Assembly: GCF_006345805.1 (NCBI RefSeq)
Contig: NW_021826625.1
Coordinates: 1-12,402, forward strand
DNA: 12,402 nt
Reading direction: 5' to 3'
Source: Octopus sinensis
Taxonomy: Eukaryota
Within the stretch, counting starts at the first letter, position 1. Every line of letters starts with the position of its first letter. The notes beneath the pieces are model-generated. The model saw nothing but the letters and a program-made list of their open reading frames with translations. It made no database searches and was not told where the DNA came from. The translations under genes and the position numbers were made by a program. Positions 1-8,503 of this stretch are shown here, one piece after another.

Positions 1-35
1 CTACAAACTTTCTTCATGTTATTGTATTGCATAGG

Positions 36-71
36 ATTACCTTGATTATTTATATTACCTTGATTATTTAT
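36..71. repeat. Perfect 18-bp tandem duplication (ATTACCTTGATTATTTAT x2)
   Basis: 36-53 and 54-71 are identical when read directly. Confidence 0.9.
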
Positions 72-897
72 AAATGACCCAAAATAGGATGTTTATTTTA
101 TTTTATATGTCTTTCGTATATTTTTTATTAAAGCACCCATTTTTTAAAAGCAATGTTTTTTAAAAAGAGCAATGTTGTCAAATTTAGAATGTTTATATAA
201 GTTTGTGTATAGCAAAGCATATGTTATTTGTAAGCATGCGTATCTGTGTATGTGTAAGTGAAAGTATGCTTGTGCTTAAGCACGCATACACACGACGGTA
301 TGTATATGTTCAATTCAAACTTGTGTATGTATACTGGCCTCTATAGATGCCAATATCATCGTTACAAGTTTTTTCCCACCCCTCCTTCGTTCCTTTTTCT
401 CTCTTTCCCTTTCTTCGTTCCCCCTCCTTGCTCAGTATATGAGAATTGCTACATAGATGAATTTTAGCTTGCGTGCGAGACGGTTTGCGTGAATATATGT
501 ACACATGCTTTTATGTGTATAATTTAGATTCATATTCATACGCTGCTGTATGTATGTATGTGTGGCGTTTACGCGCATCCTTTTGTGTATGTTGAGATAT
601 ATGTGGATTTTAATATAAATATGTATTGCAGTATTTATAACAGGTTTAATTTCTATGCATTAATTTGTAATGTTTCATTAACGGCAATAGGTTTTTTCCT
701 CGTTTTTTCTCGGATTTATAATTTTTATAAGTTTTTTATTTTTTTTTATATATATAAATATACAATATTTTGACCTTTTTGTTTATCGCTCGAAGATTGA
801 CCGTTTTCTCTAAAGGGCCAATCAAACAAGTCCATTTCTTTTTAAAGGTGTAGCGTTTGTAAGAGTATAGATTGAATTAATATATGTTCCATTCTAG

Positions 898-970
898 CAA
901 AAAACTGCTGATGAACGGCAAGAAAACTCAGAGTAACAGATTTTGTTGAATTTCTGCTGCTTAAAATAAA
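898..970 (+). ncRNA. Degenerate type-I hammerhead ribozyme motif, probably a Penelope-like element/retrozyme relic
   Basis: Perfect CTGATGA core at 908-914; GAAA at 922-925; near-palindromic stem III ACTC-A-GAGT at 926-934; GTA triplet ending at 935; stem I (C)AAAA..CTG 898-907 pairs with CAGATTTTG 937-945; AATAAA at 965-970. Stem II (ACGGCAA) cannot fold and there are two extra A residues, so it is probably inactive. Confidence 0.45.
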
Positions 971-971
971 G

Positions 972-1022
972 TATATATATATAATATATAATATATATAT
1001 ATGTGTGGTGTGTGTGTGTGTG
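972..1022. repeat. Compound (TA)n-(TG)n microsatellite
   Basis: Direct reading. Confidence 0.95.
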
Positions 1023-1150
1023 TCCCTTTCTGTAGAAGAGCGTAGGCTCGAAACGTAAAAGACCTTTTCTATTCCTGAGCGTTATACTAATACATCTGTT
1101 TGTTTTTACACCACCTGTCTTCGTCTTTTGTATTTTTCATAAACTCTCCC
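1022..1150 (+). mobile_element. Short interspersed repeat fragment starting with a minimal type-I hammerhead-like motif (Penelope-like pseudo-LTR/retrozyme-like)
   Basis: Stem I CTTT 1026-1029 / AAAG 1058-1061, extended by GT 1022-23 / AC 1062-63. Core CTGTAGA(A) at 1030-1037. Stem II GAGC-GTAG-GCTC at 1038-1049. GAAAC at 1050-1054. Palindromic ACGT stem III at 1053-1056; H17=A1057. Flanked by microsatellites on both sides. Resembles a frequent octopus repeat from memory (unverified). Confidence 0.5.
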
Positions 1151-1239
<89 letters not shown>

Positions 1240-1292
1240 CTAATATATATATATATATCTATATATAATATATATAATATATATATATATAT
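1151..1292. repeat. (TA)n microsatellite, about 140 bp, lightly interrupted
   Basis: Direct reading. Confidence 0.97.
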
Positions 1293-1477
1293 GCCTGTAG
1301 GATGTACGTATCTACCTTTGCATGTAGGTATCTTTACATGTAAGCAAACATGTGTCTTTGATTCCATGTAGACATGGGAAATCTATATATGTTGTTGTTT
1401 GTCTTTGAGATGTTCTTCATCGCTTGTCTGCTTGTGTGAACATCACCCCACCAAAGTCACTTTCAGTGCACACTGTC

Positions 1478-1480
<3 letters not shown>

Positions 1481-1508
<28 letters not shown>

Positions 1509-1672
1509 TGTGTGTCTGTCTGTCCATCTGTCTATCCGTCTGTATGAGAGTTAAGCAGACACTTTATACATACATAGATATATGCGTGTGCTTATATGCA
1601 TGCATGCGTGCGTCTGTGTATCTGTGTGTGTGTTTGTGCGTGCGTGCATGTATGTTTGTGTGTGTGTGTGTG
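1481..1672. repeat. (TG)n / TGTC / TGCG mixed simple repeat
   Basis: Direct reading. Confidence 0.9.
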
Positions 1673-1797
1673 TATTTTCATGCTGTGTCTGTAACATCCG
1701 ATAAGCACCTTCTTTTCTCAAACTCCAAAATTTAGATATTGGAAGCTGAGAAAAAAAAAACACCCGGCAAAATGCACGTGAGGATGCATTTATCGAT

Positions 1798-1923
1798 GCA
1801 TATATATACATAAATGCATGTATGCATGTATACATATATGTATGTATATATGTATGTATGTATGTATGTATTTATGTATATATGTAATATGGTGTATGTA
1901 TGCATGTATGCATATATATATAT

Positions 1924-1958
<35 letters not shown>

Positions 1959-1972
1959 ATATAATATAATAT

Positions 1973-2003
<31 letters not shown>

Positions 2004-2490
2004 CATACATATATAATATATATATATATATATATATACACTATATATTATATATATATATATACATACATATATATATATATATATACATACATATATA
2101 TATATATATATACATACATATATAATATATATATATATATAATATATATATTATATGATATATCTGTATATAATTGATTCGTGTATATATAAATATATAT
2201 ATATATATGCAGACACACAGGCATATATGTACAGACATTAATGTAATTGTACATTTGTATATTGATATAATCTATCTCTATATATTCATTCATATATCTC
2301 TGTTGTAAGGATACATATATACATAAATACATACACACATACATATAGGAATATATATATATATATATATGTACATAATCGTCTATACGTACAATTAAAT
2401 ATACACAGATATACACATAAACATATACAGCTATCAATACATATATACATATACACACACATACGATATATATATAGTGTGTGTGTTTGT
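1798..2490. repeat. Compound (TA)n/(TATG)n/(TACA)n low-complexity array with a short less-repetitive gap near 2220-2300
   Basis: Direct reading. Confidence 0.9.
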
Positions 2491-2515
2491 GTGTGGATAA
2501 AAACAATTGTATCAT

Positions 2516-2733
2516 TTATAAAAAAAAAATTATCGAAAAAATCCCAAGAACTACGAACAAAATATCTGATAAGCTACCAATAGCAACAACAAAAACAAAA
2601 CAATTGTAAGATCCATAATATAGACAGAAAAAGAAACAAAAAAATACGCAAGCAAAATCCCGAAAAAATAAAAGGAAAACCAAAAACATAAAAAAACAAA
2701 AAAAAAGACAAAACAAAAAAAAAGAAGAAACAA
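2516..2733. repeat. A-rich low-complexity tract (strong strand skew)
   Basis: Runs of A interrupted by single C or G. Confidence 0.8.
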
Positions 2734-2983
2734 ATTCGAAACATCTCAGAAGAGAATTATTATTGTTAAGTTAAAAATCGAAACGAATTGAATATTATAG
2801 CAACACAAGCTGAAAAAATAATTTCGCTTGTGTGTGTGTGTGTTTCTTTTCTTTTTTTTTAGGGGTTAGTTTAAGAGGAGGATTGACTCCTTAAAAATAT
2901 GAATAAATAGTCTATTGAATCTATTGATTGTGGAATCAAAGAAATTCGTAGGCTGGTTCTTTAAGTATTTATTAATGTTTTTT

Positions 2984-3123
2984 ATATATATATATATATA
3001 TAGATATATATTATATATTTATTTTTGTGATATTTATTATGATGTTTATATATAATATATATGTATAGATGTTAATATAAATTATATATATATATATATA
3101 TTATTATATATATATGTATAGTA
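2984..3123. repeat. Degenerate (TA)n tract
   Basis: Direct reading. Confidence 0.85.
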
Positions 3124-3239
3124 TGGGTGTTATTGTTTTCTTTATTTATATATCGCTATTGAATGTAAAAATGGCGGTCAAGAAAACGCAATAATGGCGT
3201 ATGATGAGAGAGAATGGAGTCATAGCTAGATGGATTGAT

Positions 3240-3300
3240 AGTGGTGGTGGTGGTGGTGGTTGTGCGTGGTATTGGTGGCGATGGTGGTAGTAGTTGTAGC
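3240..3300. repeat. (GGT)n trinucleotide repeat decaying into GGT/AGT/TGT variants
   Basis: GTGGTGGTGGTGGTGGTGGT at 3241-3260 and a degenerate continuation. Confidence 0.85.
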
Positions 3301-3472
3301 GTTGTTCTGTGCTGGGGTTGGAGCCGTGTGTAGGAGGTTTCGCCAAACAAGGTCATTGCTTTGCATTGATGTCCTCGTTTAATCACGCACTGCTGTTAAT
3401 ATATGACTAAAGCGCGTATGCCCATACTTATCCATTCCCCCTCCTCTTCCTCCCCCTCCTCCTCTTTTGAAG

Positions 3473-3590
3473 TCTGCTTTCCATGCGGGCATGTGTCGGA
3501 CGGTACAATAATAGCTGTTGAACCAGAGGACTGCACCAGCCTGTAATGTTTCCTTTGGAAAGGTTTCTACGATTGACTGCCCTTCTTAAG
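3473..3590 (+). other. Candidate 118-nt exon (non-coding, poison or terminal coding)
   Basis: Branch-like CTTAT at 3427-3431; long pyrimidine tract 3431-3468; AG at 3471-3472; donor AAG|GTAAAT at 3590/3591. All three frames contain stops; the longest is xCFPCGHVSDGTIIAVEPEDCTSL* (3475-3546). No homology recognised. Confidence 0.25.
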
Positions 3591-3944
3591 GTAAATATGC
3601 ACAAACGCGCCACAGGCTATATGATGGAAAGTACTTGTGACCGAGGTAGACCACATGCTGGGCAGATTTCACTCTCAACATCTCAAGTTTGGTCCACCTA
3701 TCGCTGATAATGTGTCTGTGGTTCGTAAGCCTTGCAAGTGACCCCTAAGTCATTCGGCACTGACCACAATTCCTCACATCACCTTCCAGTAAAATCTCAA
3801 CCGACCGTCTGGATGCTGGGTCCTAGAAATGCCGACTTAATCCACAGGCTAACTCACACACTCTGCTGCACAAGATGCACGAAAGAACTTGCTGGGCAGA
3901 CGGCGTTACGTCCGTGACCAGGTTTCTGACTGTGTATACATAAG

Positions 3945-3952
3945 TACACACA

Positions 3953-3989
<37 letters not shown>

Positions 3990-4019
3990 ACATACACACA
4001 CTAACACGCACACACATAC
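3945..4019. repeat. (CA)n microsatellite with TA interruptions
   Basis: Direct reading. Confidence 0.95.
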
Positions 4020-4243
4020 TAGTCCTTATAGTGAAAAGTTTGACCATATATTCAAAATCTCGCCTTACAAGCCATCATATTGTTTGAAGATGGCTAGCTA
4101 GCGAATTTCGAAGTTACTGCCAACCTACACCAATAAATTAGCGAGGGTGATGGTCGGTCTACTACGGAGTACTCAGACATCCTTCACGTTATTGTTCAAA
4201 TGATTTTATATAACTTTACACACAACACAAACACACATTTGCA

Positions 4244-4528
4244 GTATGTATTATGTATGTATGTATGTATGTATGTATGTATGTGTGTGTGTGTGTATGT
4301 ATGTGTGTATGTATGTGTGTATGTATGTATGTATGTATGTGTGTGTGTGTGTATGTATGTGTGTATGTATGTGCGTACGTACGTATGTGAGATTGTATAT
4401 ATATGTGTATATATATATATATATGCATGCATTTATGTAGGTGTATATGTATGTGTGTGTGTATATAATATATATAAGTTTTTGTGTGTGTATGTATATA
4501 TACGTAGGTATGTATGTATTATGTATAT
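4244..4528. repeat. Compound (TATG)n/(TG)n/(TA)n array
   Basis: Direct reading. Confidence 0.95.
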
Positions 4529-4659
4529 GACAATTCTGTTTTGAAATACCTCGAAGCACCCACATAACAGTCTAAAAAGCACCATGTGAATAGTGGGACG
4601 TAAATAATATGTGTGCTTCGAGATATTCCGGAGTTTGAAGATGTCAACACTCTACCCAT

Positions 4660-4701
<42 letters not shown>

Positions 4702-4747
4702 GTCTATCTATCTATCTACCAATCTACCTATCTATCTACCAATCTAC

Positions 4748-4782
<35 letters not shown>

Positions 4783-4824
4783 CCAATCTACCTATCTATC
4801 TATCTATCTATCTATCTATATCTT

Positions 4825-4857
<33 letters not shown>

Positions 4858-4862
4858 ATCTT

Positions 4863-4901
<39 letters not shown>

Positions 4902-4960
4902 GTCTCTATGTTAGTCTGTCTCTGACTATCTATATATCTATCTTTCTATGTATCTATGTA
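4660..4960. repeat. (TATC)n = (GATA)n tetranucleotide array with recurrent variant blocks
   Basis: Direct reading; CTACCAATCTACC variant at 4716, 4736 and 4780. Confidence 0.97.
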
Positions 4961-4989
4961 TTTATGTGTCTGCCTGCCTAACTGTCTGT

Positions 4990-5068
4990 CTATGTATGTA
5001 TGTATGCATATATATGTGTGTGTGTGTGTATTTTATAAATATATATGTATATATAAATGTATATGCAG

Positions 5069-5103
<35 letters not shown>

Positions 5104-5135
5104 TGTATGTATGTATGTATGTATGTATGTATGTA
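4990..5135. repeat. (TATG)n/(TG)n/(TA)n array
   Basis: Near-perfect (GTAT)n at about 5077-5135. Confidence 0.95.
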
Positions 5136-5139
5136 TTTA

Positions 5140-5353
5140 TATTTGCGTGTGTCTTTATGCATATTCTTGTCCGCCCCCACCCCCCTTGACAGTCAGTTTT
5201 GGCGTTTCTTCATCTACGTAACTTTCCGGTTGCGCTTAAAATTTAACCAAGCGTCGGGGCCCGATTACGTCCGACTAACAGAGTTCTTCAAGACGGTGCC
5301 CCCGTATGGCCGCAATCTGATCACTGAAACAAGTAAAAGATAAAAGATAAAAG
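5140..5353 (+). mobile_element. Diverged 3' half of a tRNA-derived SINE related to the 11740-12157 element
   Basis: Exact 18-mer ACTGAAACAAGTAAAAGA shared (5323-5340 vs 12125-12142); CGGTG..CATGGCC-like block; TTGTCC-CCCC..TTGACA block; (TAAAAGA)n tail. Confidence 0.8.
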
Positions 5354-5580
5354 TCGAAAACCAAGTTGTATCTGATGCAGATTCACTTGGACATCTTCAA
5401 AAACAAAGCAATTACCACAATGACGGAATAATCCAAATATCCGCAAATCTAATTTTATTTTCTATTGATCTATCGATCCGTCAGATTTTCATTTTGAGCA
5501 ATTCCCACCCCCAAAACAAACTGCCATCGGCATTCTTAAAGTGCACAAGTCTACCAAACATTCTTTTTTTGAATCATGTA

Positions 5581-5682
5581 CGGTAATGCCTCGGTATAGG
5601 AGTTAATTGGTTCCCGGAGAACTCTCGTAAAGCGAAAACTCGTAAACGGAAAATTAAAACAAATATCTCGTAAGAACTCGTA
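5581..5682 (+). mobile_element. Orphan left end of a Tc1/mariner-superfamily (pogo/Tigger-like) DNA transposon or MITE
   Basis: TA at 5579-80 followed by CGGTAATGCCTCGGTATAGGAGTTAATTGGTTCC, similar to the pogo/Tigger-type terminus CAGTRRTACCTCGG..TTAATT.GTTCC; four CTCGTA subterminal repeats (5624, 5639, 5667, 5677). No right end found. Confidence 0.5.
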
Positions 5683-5790
5683 TATGTATACGAATATATA
5701 TGTGTGTATATTTATATACATGGGCGTACATATACACAATTATATCTATGTGCGTGTGTGTGTGTGTCTCTCTCTCTTCTCTCTGTATAG

Positions 5791-5824
<34 letters not shown>

Positions 5825-6076
5825 ATATATATATATACATATACATATAATATAACATATACATTATATATACATAACATATATACATATACATATATAT
5901 CATTTATACATATATATATGCATATACATAGATATATATACATATAATATATATATATACATATATATACATATACATAATATATAATATATATACATAT
6001 ATATATACATATACATATATATATAACATATACATATATATATACATATATATATACATATACATATATTATATAC

Positions 6077-6108
<32 letters not shown>

Positions 6109-6170
6109 ATACAATATATATATACATATACATATACATATATATATATATACATATACATATCATATAT

Positions 6171-6201
<31 letters not shown>

Positions 6202-6404
6202 ACATATACATTATACATATACATATATATAATATATACATATACAATATATATATATACATAACATATATATATATATACAATACATATATATATATAT
6301 ACATATATACATATACATATATATAACATATATACATATACATTATATATATAATATACATATATATATATATATATATATAATTTATAGATATATATAT
6401 ATAT
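5683..6404. repeat. About 720-bp degenerate (TA)n/(TATACA)n array with a short (TG)(TC) segment
   Basis: Direct reading. Confidence 0.97.
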
Positions 6405-6600
6405 ATCACCGTGATCACCGTGACCGACCAGGCTATCAGACGTTGCTACACATCGCTGATCACAATGCGCTTCGCATTGTTTTAGCCTTCAACTGACGCC
6501 ACCCCGCTGGCTAAGCGAGCAGCCCAACAGAAGAAAGAGGGAGAGAAAGTTGTGGTGAAAGAGTACAGCAGGGATCGCCACCACCCCCTACCGGAGCCTC
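6405..6600 (-). mobile_element. 5'-truncated SINE (3' body and tail of a different tRNA-SINE family)
   Basis: GC-rich island with a tandem tail (ATCACCGTG x2 at 6405-6422) and an abrupt end at 6600. The body matches a remembered octopus SINE consensus (unverified). No Pol III boxes are present. Confidence 0.55.
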
Positions 6601-6662
6601 ACACACATACACACAAATATATTTTATATTTCCAATTTATGCACAAGGCCAGCCAATATAAT

Positions 6663-6845
6663 GGGAAAGTGATTGTCGATTACAGCCACCAGACTACATT
6701 ATTAGTATCTAATTTTATTGGACCCAAAAGTGTAAAAGGTAAAGTTGACCCCCGGCTTGATTTGAACTCAGAACGTGAAGAACCAGAACTAATACTGCAA
6801 ACTATTAGATCCGTCGCTCGAACGATTTTGCAAATCCACACCCTT
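6663..6845 (-). mobile_element. Diverged tRNA-derived SINE, same family as 9249-9480
   Basis: Aligns by eye with 9310-9480 (GTCGATT..TAATTT.AT.GACCC.AAAG..AAAGG.AAAGT.GACC..ATTT.AACTCAGAACG); B-box TGAGTTCAAATC on the minus strand at 6759-6770. Confidence 0.8.
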
Positions 6846-6889
6846 GATTGTTTCTGATTGAGACACCATACCAGTAATTTTACAAGGTT

Positions 6890-7050
6890 TAGTTTAGTCG
6901 ATTAAATAGTAACCAGTTCTTGACTTGTCTCTTTCCTCGATTCCGAACGGACGAAAGGCGAAGCTGACCTCGGTGGCATTCGATCTCAGGACGTGAAGAA
7001 CCGGAAGAAATATTGCAAGCCATTTCCCCCTAACGCGGTTACAATTCTGT
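6890..7050 (-). mobile_element. Second diverged copy of the same SINE family, adjacent to the previous copy
   Basis: AGTCGATT..CCGAACGGACGAAAGGCGAAGCTGACCTCGG..ATTCGATCTCAGGACGTGAAGAACCGGAAGAAATATTGCAAG aligns with the 6663 and 9249 copies. Confidence 0.75.
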
Positions 7051-7714
7051 CGGGGGATTTGCGTAATATATTAGAACACTATCCGACTGCAAGAAAATAT
7101 ATCTTCAAACGGCGATTAAATATCGACGAATCAAGCTGAAATAAATAAAAGAAGACGAAATGGCTGACCGCTAACTGTGTATGCAATACAGTGATTTACT
7201 TTGAAATTTATTGATCTTTACCTCATATAATTCATGTATTACAAATGTTCGTAGTGACCGGCTTTCGGATATCACGTGTAAACAAACCAGGGAAGCGCCA
7301 GACCGATTTAGTTTACATGTGAACAAAGTAAAGAAGTGTCAAACCGTTTCAGTTTTATTTACACATAGAATAAAATAAATAAAACATAAGAGACATTACA
7401 AATATTGACTTTATCATTTAGATGAGGATTGAAAGGGGAAGTAGGTGCTTTGAATTTTAATGTATAAAATGGACAACAAATGTGCAATGAGGAGAAATTG
7501 ACTGCGTTAGCAACAGTGAAATGGCACTCGGTGTAGAAGTGGTACCCAATAAAAAATCCTGACAGTATAAATCAGTGCTTCTCAACCTGCGTCCATCTGA
7601 CCCATTGCGAGTCCATACAAGATTTTGGTGTGAGAATTTATATGGACAAAAGATTGGTTATGCTTCTGCAGTACACAAAACGTTTTAACAATTTGTCTTA
7701 TACAATTCCTAATA

Positions 7715-8103
7715 TCTTTATATATAAAAGTGAGGTTGTGTGCTGTCTGTCTCCTACGATTTATATTCCTTACTCCCACATTTTGCGGTGCAGTGTAACC
7801 AAAAGCGGGTATCTTATAGTCGTGATTCATATCGAGCCCTTCTGGGTATTAGCGCCCGTCTACGATGGGTCTACGACTTAAAAAAAATTACCATCAATTT
7901 TTCCCATTTTTAATGCATTTTTGGCATATATAAGGGAAGTAACTCTCTAAAAAATTATTAAATCTCAGAACGTAAAAAGCTACAATACCCCCCCCCCCTT
8001 TGTGGTTAGCCATATTGAGATGGCTATTATACTTTACATCTCTAAAAATGCTTATATATTTATTTCCCTTATAAACCCGAGCAACGCCGGGCGATACTGC
8101 TAG
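7715..8103 (+). mobile_element. Non-autonomous Helitron, unit 1 (389 bp)
   Basis: Host A7714 then 5'-TC(TTTATATATAAAAG); GC hairpin CCCG-AGCAACGC-CGGG at 8076-8091, 12 nt before the 3' end; ends in CTAG (8100-8103); no TSD. Confidence 0.9.
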
Positions 8104-8503
8104 TCTTTATATATAAAAGTGAAGTTGTGTGTCTGTCTCCTACGATTTAGATTCCTAACTACTCCCACATTTTGCGGGGCAGTTTAACCAAAACCGGGTA
8201 TCTTATAGTCGTGATTCATATCGAGCCCTTCTGTGTATTAGCGCGCGTCTACGATGAGTCTACGACTAAAAAAAAAAATTACCATCACTTTTTTCTATTT
8301 TAATGCATTTTTTTCGATATTATATAAGGGAAGTAACTCTCTAAAAATGTCTACGATGAGTCAACGATTTAAAAAAAAATTTACCATCATTTTTTTTTCA
8401 TTTTTAATGCATTTTTTTTGCTATTTTTTGGCTATAACTCTCTAAAAATGCTTATATAGTTATTTCCCTTACAAACCCGAGCAACGCCGGGCGATACTGC
8501 TAG
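8104..8503 (+). mobile_element. Non-autonomous Helitron, unit 2 (400 bp), head-to-tail with unit 1
   Basis: Starts TCTTTATATATAAAAG directly after CTAG; hairpin at 8476-8491; CTAG at 8500-8503 followed by host T; last 65 nt match unit 1 at 63/65. Confidence 0.9.

Noticed and set aside
369-435. Long pyrimidine tract ending in CAG (possible splice acceptor)
   Set aside because: No convincing downstream donor or open frame; such tracts are common in this kind of DNA.
1713-1754. Hairpin TTTTCTCA..TCCAA/TTGGA..TGAGAAAA as pre-miRNA or terminator
   Set aside because: Too short and AT-rich for a pre-miRNA; bacterial terminators are irrelevant here; chance is likely.
3428-3613. Minus-strand 61-aa ORF with a basic KRRRGRKRR tail (NLS-like)
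   Set aside because: The basic tail is only the antisense of the CT-rich tract, and the start codon is non-ATG.
4083-4115. TTGAAGATGGCTAGCTAGCGAA as a Penelope-type hammerhead end
   Set aside because: Lacks C3, GAAAC and any stem III/UH triplet.
4611-4981. 104-122 aa ORFs (YLSI)n / (LSIY)n resembling membrane or repeat proteins
   Set aside because: Purely a (TATC)n reading artefact.
1137-6418. Numerous ORF-track entries rich in YI/CV/HT/YLSI repeats
   Set aside because: They are translations of TA, TG, TATG and TATC microsatellites, which lack stops in several frames; there is no sign of real coding sequence.
7582-8445. ORFs 7582-7830, 7630-7881 and 8254-8445 as possible transposase or Rep/helicase
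   Set aside because: They span MITE/Helitron junctions, are short, and show no DDE, HUH or helicase motifs; the elements are non-autonomous.
7715-8503. Repeat-spacer-like pattern (CTACGAT, TCTCTAAAAA) suggestive of a CRISPR array
   Set aside because: Eukaryotic context, irregular spacing, and fully explained by duplicated Helitron units.
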